From the IMG/VR virus record IMGVR_UViG_2541047704_000003: a stretch of 44,162 nt of DNA. One strand, given 5' to 3'. The stretch comes from a virus. Lineage: Duplodnaviria; Heunggongvirae; Uroviricota; Caudoviricetes. Position numbers and translations under genes: made by a program. The notes beneath the pieces were generated by a model that saw nothing but the letters and a program-made list of their open reading frames with translations, did not search any database and was not told the origin of the DNA. Shown here one piece after another: positions 18,633-28,638 of the stretch; the stretch's first letter is position 1; the number at the start of each line of letters is the position of its first letter.

Positions 18633-19058
18633 TGTACGCCCTTTTTTTGAACTTTTATTAAAAAATGATGTCACTGCGCGATAAATATTCATCTAATCAA
18701 TGTGATTATTTCAAGATGTAAGTTTTAGTTTCTCATTTAATTTGTGAAGTAGATCTCTATTTTTATCTGAACCTTTTCTATCTAATCCTATTCATGGCTC
18801 TTGTCTGAACAAAAATAAATCTATTAGCTAATTTATATTAATGGCACTTATTTATAAGTGCTCTATAATTCTTTAGCTTAATTTAAACAAACTAAAAATA
18901 ACATCGGAAATTATTAACTGGTTATTTGTTGAAGTTTTCTTATGCATTTGTGGTGGTGTTTTGAACACTCGGTGGCATTCTCACAAATATCATTTAGTAG
19001 TTTACGTACGTAAAAAATTGGTTATGCTGTTAAGAGTGGTTACTTCGTCACACAGCTT

Positions 19059-19090
19059 AAACCCGCCGTCGAGCGGGTTTTTCCATTTTT
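19059..19090 (+). terminator. rho-independent terminator-like hairpin upstream of holin
   Basis: AAACCCGC-CGTCGA-GCGGGTTT followed by TTCCATTTTTT. Confidence 0.45.
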
Positions 19091-19220
19091 TGAGTCTCGA
19101 TATTAGCTGATAACCCAATACCTGAGTTATTCACTGACTCCGAATCTGTTACGTTTCTGCCTTTATTGCGATACGTAGTATCCCCTTAATTTACACCCGC
19201 TTTGTCTGCGAGGTGGGGTT

Positions 19221-19436
19221 ATGAAATCCATGGATAAGTTAACAACGGGTGTCGCCTATGGTACCTCAGCAGGTAGTGCCGGGTACTGGTTTTTACAGTT
19301 GCTCGATAAAGTCACGCCCTCACAGTGGGCGGCAATAGGTGTGCTGGGTAGCCTGGTATTTGGCCTGCTGACGTACCTGACAAACCTTTATTTCAAGATT
19401 AAAGAAGATAAGCGCAAGGCTGCGAGAGGTGAATAA
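19221..19436 (+). CDS. class II holin / pinholin (phage 21 S-like, dual start MKSM)
   Basis: 71-aa ORF with two transmembrane segments and dual-start motif Met1-Lys-Ser-Met4; immediately precedes SAR endolysin. Confidence 0.8.
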
Positions 19437-19933
19437 TGCCTCCATCATTACGAAAAGCCGTTGCTGCTGCTATTGGTGGCGGAGCAATTGCTATAGCATC
19501 AGTGTTAATCACTGGCCCAAGTGGTAACGATGGTCTGGAAGGTGTCAGCTACATACCATACAAAGATATTGTTGGTGTATGGACTGTATGTCACGGGCAT
19601 ACAGGAAAAGACATCATGCTCGGTAAAACGTATACCAAAGCAGAATGCAAAGCCCTCCTGAATAAAGACCTTGCCACGGTCGCCAGACAAATTAACCCGT
19701 ACATCAAAGTCGATATACCGGAAACAATGCGCGGCGCTCTTTACTCATTCGTTTACAACGTGGGTGCTGGCAATTTCAGAACATCGACGCTTCTTCGCAA
19801 AATAAACCAGGGCGATATCAAAGGCGCATGTGATCAGCTACGTCGCTGGACATATGCTGGCGGTAAGCAATGGAAAGGTCTCATGACTCGTCGTGAGATT
19901 GAGCGTGAAATCTGTTTGTGGGGTCAGCAATGA
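19436..19933 (+). CDS. SAR endolysin (phage lysozyme)
   Basis: 165-aa ORF; N-terminal Gly/Ala-rich weakly hydrophobic segment [20 protein letters not shown] typical of signal-anchor-release endolysins, followed by lysozyme-like domain. Confidence 0.85.
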   Translation: MPPSLRKAVAAAIGGGAIAIASVLITGPSGNDGLEGVSYIPYKDIVGVWTVCHGHTGKDIMLGKTYTKAECKALLNKDLATVARQINPYIKVDIPETMRGALYSFVYNVGAGNFRTSTLLRKINQGDIKGACDQLRRWTYAGGKQWKGLMTRREIEREICLWGQQ

Positions 19934-20391
19934 ACAGAGTAACCGCGATTATCTCCGCTCTGGTTATCTGCATCATCGTCTGCCTGTCATGGGCTGTTAA
20001 TCATTACCGTGATAACGCCATTACCTACAAAGCCCAGCGCGACAAAAATGCCAGAGAACTGACGCTGGCGAACGCGGCAATTACTGACATACAGATGCGT
20101 CAGCGTGATGTTGCTGCGCTCGATGCAAAATACACGAAGGAGTTAGCTGATGCGAAAGCTGAAAATGATGCTCTGCGTGATGATGTTGCCGCTGGTCGTC
20201 GTCGGTTGCACATCAAAGCAGTCTGTCAGTCAGTGCGTGAAGCCACCACCGCCTCCGGCGTGGATAATGCAGCCTCCCCCCGACTGGCAGACACCGCTGA
20301 ACGGGATTATTTCACCCTCAGAGAGAGGCTGATCACTATGCAAAAACAACTGGAAGGAACCCAGAAGTATATTAATGAGCAGTGCAGATAG
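19930..20391 (+). CDS. Rz spanin (inner-membrane subunit)
   Basis: ORF overlapping endolysin stop; N-terminal transmembrane segment then coiled-coil region; contains embedded Rz1. Confidence 0.75.
   Translation: MNRVTAIISALVICIIVCLSWAVNHYRDNAITYKAQRDKNARELTLANAAITDIQMRQRDVAALDAKYTKELADAKAENDALRDDVAAGRRRLHIKAVCQSVREATTASGVDNAASPRLADTAERDYFTLRERLITMQKQLEGTQKYINEQCR
20150..20332 (+). CDS. Rz1 spanin (outer-membrane lipoprotein), embedded in Rz in another frame
   Basis: 60-aa ORF with lipobox VVGC and proline-rich mature region ([15 protein letters not shown]). Confidence 0.75.
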   Translation: MRKLKMMLCVMMLPLVVVGCTSKQSVSQCVKPPPPPAWIMQPPPDWQTPLNGIISPSERG

Positions 20392-20422
20392 AGCTGCCCA
20401 TATCGATGGGCAACTCATGCAA

Positions 20423-20716
20423 TTATTGTGAGCAATACACACGCGCTTCCAGCGGAGTATAAATGCCTAAAGTAATAAAACCGAGCAATCCATTTACGAA
20501 TGTTTGCTGGGTTTCTGTTTTAACAACATTTTCTGCACCACCACAAATTTTTGCTGCATCGACAGTTTTCTTCTGCCCAATTCCCGAAACGAAGAAATGA
20601 TGGGTGATGGTTTCCTTTGGTGTTACTGCTGTAGGTTTGTTTCCAACAGTAAACGTCTGTTGAGCACATCCTGTAATAAGCATTGCCAGAGCGGCAGAAA
20701 ACAACATTTTTTTCAT
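20423..20716 (-). CDS. bor: Bor outer-membrane lipoprotein (serum resistance)
   Basis: 97-aa frame MKKMLFSAALAMLITGCAQQTFTVGNKP... matching lambda Bor; lipobox ITGC. Confidence 0.85.
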   Translation of the reverse strand: MKKMLFSAALAMLITGCAQQTFTVGNKPTAVTPKETITHHFFVSGIGQKKTVDAAKICGGAENVVKTETQQTFVNGLLGFITLGIYTPLEARVYCSQ

Positions 20717-21196
20717 CTTATTATCCTGCATTGTTAAAAACGGCAGAATCCTATGTGACAACAATTAAACGATAGTTAAATGGATTGATGAAAATTAAAA
20801 CTACACAGGTGGGCTCAGACTATTGGAGGAAGTTGGGGACACTCAGAATCCTGTGGAATGAAATAAACCGGTCTATCCGTCCATTACCCTTTTAGCTGCG
20901 CTGTATCGTCGCCGTATTCCCGCATTAACCATGACCGTAGCCCGACGGGGAATTCCTTCTGCGTGAGTGTGCGGGAATAATTAAAAACGATGCACACCGG
21001 GTTTTTACCGCGTTAATGATTCGCGGGTTTATCCCGGTGCGATGGTGGAAGAAACAGGAAGCTGTATTACAGAAAGTGCTACTACTGTATCCCGATGCGA
21101 TGTATGTAATGTGAGTCAGATAATGGCACAGGATGTGGTGATGTGGCAGTCTGGAACACAGGATATATTGTCAGAATAAGACCCGTAGGAATAAAA

Positions 21197-21523
21197 ATGA
21201 AAAGACGCCTTTTACTACTTTTTCTGTTATCTGTCCTGGCAGTGGGATGCTCGCAGCAAAAAGCTGATGAGCCCCGGCAATTAGTGACGGTGTATCCACG
21301 ATATCCGGAATATGCTGCAGCAAATTATATCAAGGGGCTGGTTGAGGTTAAGTTCGATATTGGTGCTGATGGGACTGTGACACGGATCGTTTTTCTCCGC
21401 TCAGAGCCTCATAATTTGTTTCGTGATGAAGTGGTGAAGGCCATGGCGAAATGGCGATTTGAAAAGAATCGCCCCTGTCAGGGAGTGAAGAGACAATTTA
21501 TCTTTACGCCGTCACGTCCTTGA
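21197..21523 (+). CDS. lipoprotein with TonB C-terminal-like domain
   Basis: lipobox LAVGC after signal peptide; YPRYPEYAAANYIKGLVEVKFDIGADGTV...AMAKWRFE resembles the TonB_C/energy-transducer fold signature; AGGA ribosome-binding site upstream. Confidence 0.55.
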   Translation: MKRRLLLLFLLSVLAVGCSQQKADEPRQLVTVYPRYPEYAAANYIKGLVEVKFDIGADGTVTRIVFLRSEPHNLFRDEVVKAMAKWRFEKNRPCQGVKRQFIFTPSRP

Positions 21524-22286
21524 TGCTTCCAGGTAGAGAGGGGCTGGAAGCAGGAGAAAAATGAAAGAGCCAGCGGTTATATTTTTGTCATGGCTGACGA
21601 GGAATGATGGAAGAAGGCGTTGTATGCCACACAACGCCTCACTGTTCATTTCTTCTTTTTCTCTGGTGGAACCCGATGAATAAGAGTTGCACTGGTTTCC
21701 GATGAGATGGCGATATACTCGGGCAAAGTATGCTGGCAGTTTTCCAACTGGTCAAAAATACCTGCTCTCGTCTGTTGCAATGCCTGCAGCATGCGGCGGC
21801 AATGCGCCTTGCTTTTACTAACCATCTTTCCTTCCTCTATCAGTCGCTGCGTGAACTCATCATGGAATACCAGGTAAATGCGGATGTTATCGGTTTTGGC
21901 TACGCAGCATAGTACAAAACGGACAGGTGCATCCCGGGACGGGGGAGGCGTCACATGTCCCTGTGATGGTTGTTCCGGGTAATGTACTGTGTGGGGCATA
22001 AAAATGTCCGATAATTTTACTTTCTACCGCAGTTAGTTGATTCGTTGGTCCTGGTAGCACATTGGGCGAGGATTTAAATGCCAGGCAACTGAAGGATGAT
22101 GTCGCAAGGGAGATAGCGAGAATATTTCTGATTTTCATTTGATGATGCCTCTGTGTGAAATGACGGTAAACGACGCACTTGTGCCGGCACATAATAGCAA
22201 GCACCATAATAGATCAGATTCGATTCTTGCTGTAAGTGATAATTATTCTCGTTTTCGGGTCCTTTCCGTCGATCCAACAGGTTACG

Positions 22287-22298
22287 GGGCGGCGACCT
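22287..22298 (+). other. cosN cohesive-end site (GGGCGGCGACCT) within cos
   Basis: exact lambda 12-nt cohesive end followed by lambda-like cosB sequence CGCGGTTTTTCACTATTTATGAAAATTTT, immediately upstream of nu1. Confidence 0.8.
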
Positions 22299-22474
22299 CG
22301 CGGTTTTTCACTATTTATGAAAATTTTTCAGGGAAAATCGTGTCGGTACTTCTCGAATATAACTTTTTGTTTTTTTTAATATTGCATCCGTAAAGGTCCG
22401 ACATGAAAGTGTCCGAAAATGCCTTTTTCTGGCGTTTTCATGTCGGGCCTTGTATTTGATAATGGGTTGTTTTC

Positions 22475-23023
22475 ATGAAGGTTAATAAAAAGAGGCTTGC
22501 CGAAATTTTCAACGTGGACCCGCGGACGATTGAACGCTGGCAGTCTCAGGGACTCCCTTGCGCCTCCAAAGGTAGTAAGGGCATTGAATCTGTATTTGAT
22601 ACTGCCATGGCAATTCAGTGGTATGCGCAGAGGGAAACTGATATCGAAAACGAAAAGCTCCGCAAAGAACTGGACGATTTGCGTGCGGCAGCGGAGTCAG
22701 ATTTACAACCCGGCACCATTGACTATGAACGCTACCGGCTCACAAAAGCGCAGGCAGATGCGCAGGAACTGAAAAATGCCCGTGAAGACGGAGTAGTGCT
22801 GGAAACTGAACTGTTTACCTTCATTCTGCAACGTGTGGCACAGGAGATTTCGGGGATACTTGTGCGTGTGCCGTTGACATTACAGCGTAAATATCCGGAC
22901 ATTTCACCATCACACCTTGATGTGGTGAAAACTGAAATCGCGAAAGCCTCCAATGTTGCAGCTAAGGCCGGTGAAAACGTGGGCGGGTGGATCGATGATT
23001 TCAGACGCGCAGAAGGCAGCTAA
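22475..23023 (+). CDS. nu1: terminase small subunit
   Basis: 182-aa [31 protein letters not shown]... closely matching lambda Nu1. Confidence 0.9.
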
Positions 23024-24923
23024 TGCAGCCGGTGCGATAGCTACAGGGCTTTTATCTCTCATTATTCCTGTTCCACTGACGACAGTTCAGTGGGCCAATA
23101 AACATTATTACCTTCCTAAAGAGTCGTCTTATACCCCGGGGCGATGGGAAACACTGCCGTTTCAGGTTGGCATCATGAACTGTATGGGCAACGATCTGAT
23201 TCGCACGGTTAACCTGATTAAATCTGCCCGTGTTGGTTATACAAAGATGTTGCTGGGAGTGGAGGCTTATTTTATTGAGCATAAATCACGCAACAGCCTT
23301 CTTTTTCAGCCCACGGACTCAGCTGCTGAAGATTTTATGAAATCTCATGTTGAGCCAACGATAAGGGATGTTCCTGCATTGCTGGAGCTGGCTCCATGGT
23401 TCGGAAGAAAACACCGCGATAATACGCTCACCCTGAAGCGTTTTTCCTCCGGTGTGGGGTTCTGGTGTCTGGGTGGTGCGGCAGCAAAAAACTACCGTGA
23501 AAAATCCGTGGATGTGGTCTGTTATGACGAGCTTTCCTCGTTCGAACCGGATGTTGAAAAAGAGGGTTCGCCAACCCTGCTGGGGGATAAACGTATTGAG
23601 GGCTCTGTATGGCCAAAATCCATTCGCGGCTCGACGCCTAAAATCAAAGGCTCCTGCCAGATCGAAAAAGCCGCTAACGAGTCGGCACACTTCATGCGTT
23701 TTTATGTGCCCTGTCCGCACTGTGGGGAGGAGCAGTATCTGAAATTTGGCGATGATGCCTCGCCTTTCGGTCTTAAGTGGGAGAAGAATAAGCCAGAAAG
23801 TGTTTTCTACCTTTGTGAGCATCATGGCTGTGTGATCCATCAGTCTGAGCTTGACCAGAGTAACGGGCGGTGGATCTGTGAAAACACGGGCATGTGGACC
23901 CGTGACGGCCTGATGTTTTTCAGCGCCCGGGGTGATGAAATTCCGCCGCCGCGCTCCATCACTTTCCATATCTGGACGGCGTACAGTCCGTTCACCACCT
24001 GGGTACAGATTGTCTATGACTGGCTGGATGCACTGAAAGATCCCAACGGCCTGAAAACCTTTGTGAACACCACGCTGGGCGAGACCTGGGAAGAGGCTGT
24101 GGGCGAAAAACTCGATCACCAGGTGCTGATGGATAAGGTTGTGCGTTACACGGCGGCGGTGCCTGCCCGGGTGGTTTATCTGACGGCGGGCATTGACTCG
24201 CAGCGAAACCGTTTTGAGATGTATGTCTGGGGATGGGCTCCGGGAGAGGAAGCCTTTCTGGTGGATAAAATCATCATTATGGGGCGTCCCGATGAGGAAG
24301 AGACGCTGTTACGTGTGGATGCGGCGATCAACAAAAAATACCGCCATGCAGACGGAACCGAAATGACCATTTCCCGTGTCTGCTGGGACATCGGGGGGAT
24401 CGATGGCGAAATCGTTTATCAGAGGTCAAAAAAACACGGTGTTTTCCGGGTGCTGCCGGTAAAAGGCGCGTCTGTCTATGGCAAGCCGGTGATCACCATG
24501 CCGAAAACCCGCAATCAGCGGGGCGTTTATCTGTGTGAAGTGGGGACGGACACCGCAAAATAAATTCTCTATGCCCGTATGAAAGCCGAGCCCACGCCTG
24601 CGGATGAAGCCACGTCGTATGCCATCCGTTTTCCTGATGATCCGGAGATTTTTTCGCAGACAGAGGCGCAGCAACTGGTCGCGGAAGAGCTTGTGGAGAA
24701 GTGGGAAAAAGGAAAGATGCGTCTGCTGTGGGATAACAAAAAGCGGCGTAACGAAGCGCTGGACTGCCTGGTGTATGCCTACGCGGCATTACGTGTGTCC
24801 GTGCAACGCTGGCAGCTTGATCTGGCTGTACTGGCAAAATCCCGGGAAGAAGAGACGACCCGGCCAACCCTTAAAGAACTGGCAGCGAAGCTGTCCGGAG
24901 GAGTGAATGGTTACAGTCGCTGA
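22995..24923 (+). pseudogene. A: terminase large subunit gene A interrupted by a single in-frame TAA at 24561-24563
   Basis: N-terminal 522 codons (22995-24560) and C-terminal 119 codons (24564-24920) are in the same frame and both match lambda gpA; the only interruption is TAA where lambda has a sense codon (TDTAK*ILYARM vs lambda TDTAKEQIYNRF by recollection). Confidence 0.7.
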
Positions 24924-25113
24924 ACTGCAGGCGCTGCGTCAGGCGCGCCTTGATTTATTAACCGGTAAACGGGTGGTGTCTGTCCAGAAAGATGGTCGCA
25001 GAATTGAATATACGGCGGCTTCTCTGGATGAGCTTAACCGGGCGATCAATGATGCGGAGTCGGTACTGGGGACAACCCGGTGTCGCCGTCGTCCGCTGGG
25101 AGTGAGGTTATGA
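24907..25113 (+). CDS. W: head-tail connector protein W
   Basis: 68-aa ORF, same size as lambda gpW with conserved LTGKRV.SVQKDGRR core. Confidence 0.8.
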   Translation: MVTVAELQALRQARLDLLTGKRVVSVQKDGRRIEYTAASLDELNRAINDAESVLGTTRCRRRPLGVRL

Positions 25114-26702
25114 AACGAACGCCTGTCCTGATTGATGTGAACGGCGTTCCGCTTCGTGAGAGTCTCAGCTACAACGGGGGCGGTGCAGGATTTGGCGGGC
25201 AAATGGCTGAGTGGTTGCCACCGGCGCAGAGTGCCGATGCGGCCCTGCTGCCCGCGTTGCGTCTGGGGAATGCCCGGGCAGATGATCTGGTGCGCAATAA
25301 CGGAATAGCGGCTAATGCGGTGGCTCTGCATAAGGATCACATTGTCGGGCATATGTTTCTGATCAGCTACCGTCCGAACTGGCGCTGGCTGGGGATGCGG
25401 GAGACCGCAGCAAAAAGCTTTGTCGATGAGGTGGAGGCGGCCTGGTCGGAATACGCCGAAGGGATGTTTGGCGAGATCGACGTGGAAGGAAAACGCACGT
25501 TCACGGAATTTATCCGTGAAGGTGTGGGCGTTCATGCGTTTAACGGCGAAATCTTTGTGCAGCCGGTCTGGGATACGGAAACCACGCAGTTATTCCGTAC
25601 GCGTTTTAAAGCCGTGAGTCCGAAACGGGTGGACACGCCAGGACACGGTATGGGGAACCGTTTTCTGCGGGCCGGTGTGGAGGTCGATCGATATGGTCGT
25701 GCCGTTGCGTACCATATCTGTGAGGATGATTTTCCGTTCTCTGGTAGTGGACGATGGGAACGGATCCCGCGTGAACTTCCCACCGGGCGTCCGGCCATGC
25801 TGCATATTTTCGAGCCGGTGGAGGACGGGCAGACCCGTGGGGCTAATCAGTTTTACAGCGTCATGGAACGGCTGAAGATGCTCGATTCCCTGCAGGCAAC
25901 ACAGCTTCAGTCGGCCATAGTGAAGGCGATGTATGCAGCGACGATTGAAAGTGAACTTGATACCGAAAAGGCCTTTGAATATATCGCCGGCGCGCCACAG
26001 GAGCAGAAGGATAATCCGCTTATTAATATTCTGGAGAAGTTCTCCAGCTGGTATGACACGAATAACGTGACACTGGGCGGTGTCAAAATTCCGCACCTTT
26101 TCCCTGGTGATGATCTGAAACTACAGACTGCGCAGGATTCAGACAATGGATTTTCTGCGCTTGAACAGGCGCTGCTGCGGTATATCGCCGCCGGTCTTGG
26201 CGTTTCCTACGAACAGTTGTCCCGTGATTACTCGAAGGTCAGTTACTCAAGTGCCCGCGCCTCCGCCAATGAGTCGTGGCGCTATTTTATGGGGCGGCGA
26301 AAATTTATTGCGGCCCGGCTGGCCACGCAGATGTTTTCCTGCTGGCTGGAAGAGGCACTTCTTCGGGGGATTATTCGTCCGCCACGGGCACGTTTTGATT
26401 TTTATCAGGCGCGATCAGCCTGGTCACGGGCAGAGTGGATTGGTGCCGGAAGAATGGCCATTGACGGGCTCAAGGAAGTCCAGGAATCAGTGATGCGCAT
26501 TGAGGCCGGACTGAGCACGTATGAGAAAGAGCTGGCGCTGATGGGCGAGGATTATCAGGACATTTTCCGCCAGCAGGTCAGGGAATCTGCTGAGCGGCAA
26601 AAAGCCGGACTCTCACGTCCGGTGTGGATAGAGCAGGCGTATCAGCAGCAGATAGCGGAGAGTCGTAGGCCGGAAGAGGAGACAACACCACGTGAGACGT
26701 AA
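25110..26702 (+). CDS. B: portal protein
   Basis: ~530-aa frame matching lambda gpB (e.g. FEPVEDGQTRGAN.FYSVME..KMLD.LQ.TQLQSAIVKAMYAATIESELDT). Confidence 0.9.
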   Translation: MKRTPVLIDVNGVPLRESLSYNGGGAGFGGQMAEWLPPAQSADAALLPALRLGNARADDLVRNNGIAANAVALHKDHIVGHMFLISYRPNWRWLGMRETAAKSFVDEVEAAWSEYAEGMFGEIDVEGKRTFTEFIREGVGVHAFNGEIFVQPVWDTETTQLFRTRFKAVSPKRVDTPGHGMGNRFLRAGVEVDRYGRAVAYHICEDDFPFSGSGRWERIPRELPTGRPAMLHIFEPVEDGQTRGANQFYSVMERLKMLDSLQATQLQSAIVKAMYAATIESELDTEKAFEYIAGAPQEQKDNPLINILEKFSSWYDTNNVTLGGVKIPHLFPGDDLKLQTAQDSDNGFSALEQALLRYIAAGLGVSYEQLSRDYSKVSYSSARASANESWRYFMGRRKFIAARLATQMFSCWLEEALLRGIIRPPRARFDFYQARSAWSRAEWIGAGRMAIDGLKEVQESVMRIEAGLSTYEKELALMGEDYQDIFRQQVRESAERQKAGLSRPVWIEQAYQQQIAESRRPEEETTPRET

Positions 26703-28197
26703 TCTTTCACACATTATTGCCGCAGCATTCAATGAACCGCTGCTTCTGGAGCCCGCCTATGCGCGGGTTTTCTTTTGCGCGCTCGGGCGCGAGATGGGGG
26801 CAGCAAGTCTTTCGGTACCACAACAGCAGGTACAGTTTGATGCTCCCGGAATGCTGGCTGAAACGGACGAGTACATGGCCGGAGGTAAACGACCGGCCCG
26901 TGTTTACCGGGTGGTGAACGGTATTGCTGTACTGCCGGTGACCGGCACGCTGGTGCACCGGCTGGGTGGTATGCGGCCATTTTCCGGAATGACAGGCTAT
27001 GACGGCATTGTCGCCTGTCTTCAGCAGGCAATGGCGGATAGCCAGGTGCGGGGCGTACTGCTGGACATTGACAGTCCGGGCGGGCAGGCCGCCGGCGCGT
27101 TTGACTGCGCTGACATGATTTACCGCCTCCGTCAGCAGAAGCCGGTCTGGGCACTGTGCAATGACACGGCCTGTTCTGCAGCCATGCTGCTGGCGTCGGC
27201 CTGCTCCCGACGGCTGGTTACCCAGACATCCCGTATCGGCTCCATTGGCGTGATGATGAGCCATGTCAGCTATGCCGGTCATCTGGCGCAGGCCGGTGTG
27301 GATATCACGCTGATTTACTCAGGGGCGCACAAGGTGGATGGCAATCAGTTTGAAGCGTTGCCGGCAGAGGTTCGCCAGGACATGCAGCAGCGGATTGATG
27401 CGGCGCGCCGGATGTTTGCCGAAAAAGTGGCGATGTATACCGGTCTGTCTGTTGATGCCGTCACGGGAACAGAGGCTGCCGTTTTTGAAGGTCAGTCCGG
27501 CATTGAGGCCGGGCTGGCGGATGAATTAATCAATGCGTCGGATGCCATCAGTGTGATGGCCACGGCGCTGAACAGTAATGTCAGAGGAGGCACTATGCCG
27601 CAATTAACTGCAACGGAAGCCGCCGCGCAGGAGAACCAGCGAGTGATGGGGATCCTGACATGCCAGGAAGCGAAAGGACGTGAACAGCTTGCCACGATGC
27701 TGGCAGGGCAACAGGGCATGAGCGTTGAACAGGCCCGGGCGATTCTGGCCGCGGCGGCACCGCAGCAGCCGGTGGCATCCGCGCAGAGTGAAGCCGATCG
27801 CATTATGGCGTGTGAAGAAGCGAACGGTCGTGAACAACTGGCGGCAACGCTGGCGGCGATGCCGGAGATGACGGTGGAAAAAGCCCGCCCGATCCTGGCT
27901 GCTTCACCGCAGGCGGATGCCGGACCATCACTCCGTGATCAGATCATGGCACTGGATGAGGCAAAAGGGGCTGAGGCGCAGGCTGAACAGCTGGCTGCCT
28001 GCCCGGGAATGACAGTGGAGAGCGCCCGGGCTGTGCTGGCTGCGGGATCAGGTAAGGCAGAACCGGTCTCTGCATCCACAACCGCCCTGTTTGAACATTT
28101 CATGGCGAACCATTCACCGGCAGCGGTACAGGGTGGCGTGGCACAGACGTCAGCAGACGGTGATGCGGACGTGAAAATGCTCATGGCCATGCCATGA
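26692..28197 (+). CDS. C: head maturation protease / scaffold (C with in-frame Nu3 region)
   Basis: 501-aa ORF; N-terminal ClpP/S49-like protease region matches lambda gpC; C-terminal scaffold region carries three diverged copies of a ~49-aa motif. Confidence 0.85.
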   Translation: MRRNLSHIIAAAFNEPLLLEPAYARVFFCALGREMGAASLSVPQQQVQFDAPGMLAETDEYMAGGKRPARVYRVVNGIAVLPVTGTLVHRLGGMRPFSGMTGYDGIVACLQQAMADSQVRGVLLDIDSPGGQAAGAFDCADMIYRLRQQKPVWALCNDTACSAAMLLASACSRRLVTQTSRIGSIGVMMSHVSYAGHLAQAGVDITLIYSGAHKVDGNQFEALPAEVRQDMQQRIDAARRMFAEKVAMYTGLSVDAVTGTEAAVFEGQSGIEAGLADELINASDAISVMATALNSNVRGGTMPQLTATEAAAQENQRVMGILTCQEAKGREQLATMLAGQQGMSVEQARAILAAAAPQQPVASAQSEADRIMACEEANGREQLAATLAAMPEMTVEKARPILAASPQADAGPSLRDQIMALDEAKGAEAQAEQLAACPGMTVESARAVLAAGSGKAEPVSASTTALFEHFMANHSPAAVQGGVAQTSADGDADVKMLMAMP

Positions 28198-28233
28198 AGT
28201 CAGTGCTGACCATCAATAGGAGGTTTTTACAAT

Positions 28234-28581
28234 ATGGTGACGAAAACCATCACTGAACAGCGTGCGGAAGTACGTATTTTTGCCGGTAATGATCCGGCTC
28301 ATACCGCCACAGGCAGCAGCGGGATTTCCTCGCCAACACCGGCACTGACGCCCCTGATGCTGGATGAAGCCACCGGGAAACTGGTGGTCTGGGACGGACA
28401 GAAAGCCGGTAGTGCGGTTGGCATACTGGTACTGCCGCTTGAAGGCACAGAGACGGCGCTGACGTATTACAAGTCGGGAACCTTTGCGACGGAGGCAATC
28501 CACTGGCCTGAAAGTGTGGATGAACACAAAAAGGCCAACGCCTTTGCTGGCAGTGCCCTGAGTCACGCGGCGCTGCCGTAA
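28234..28581 (+). CDS. D: head decoration protein
   Basis: 115-aa ORF with AGGAGG ribosome-binding site; matches lambda gpD (e.g. DPAHTATG...TPLMLD...FAGSA). Confidence 0.85.
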   Translation: MVTKTITEQRAEVRIFAGNDPAHTATGSSGISSPTPALTPLMLDEATGKLVVWDGQKAGSAVGILVLPLEGTETALTYYKSGTFATEAIHWPESVDEHKKANAFAGSALSHAALP

Positions 28582-28638
28582 CACGTTATCAGGCCACCGC
28601 GGTGGCCTGACTGATTTCTGAATGAAAGGAACTGATTT

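Noticed and set aside
18693-19220. AT-rich ~530-bp gap between porin start and holin, scanned for a tRNA or small RNA gene (tRNAs occur between Q and S in some lambdoid phages)
   Set aside because: No acceptor-stem/T-arm cloverleaf pattern could be found by eye; the region is more consistent with the porin promoter plus a terminator hairpin. A tRNAscan run would be decisive.
21646-21999. 117-aa minus-strand ORF and overlapping 60-aa plus-strand ORF (21730-21912) between the TonB-C-like lipoprotein gene and cos
   Set aside because: The two frames exclude each other and neither has a convincing ribosome-binding site or family match; left unannotated as unresolved, not discarded as non-coding.
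22074-22393. Small ORFs 22074-22277 (minus) and 22139-22393 (plus)
   Set aside because: They overlap the cos site (cosN at 22287-22298 and cosB); this is a conserved non-coding packaging signal.
23319-24119. 266-aa minus-strand ORF, plus other long antisense ORFs such as 38910-40457 (515 aa) and 34668-35186
   Set aside because: They lie entirely antisense within strongly supported, GC-rich phage genes (terminase A, J, H); long shadow ORFs are expected there and none has a ribosome-binding site or recognisable family.
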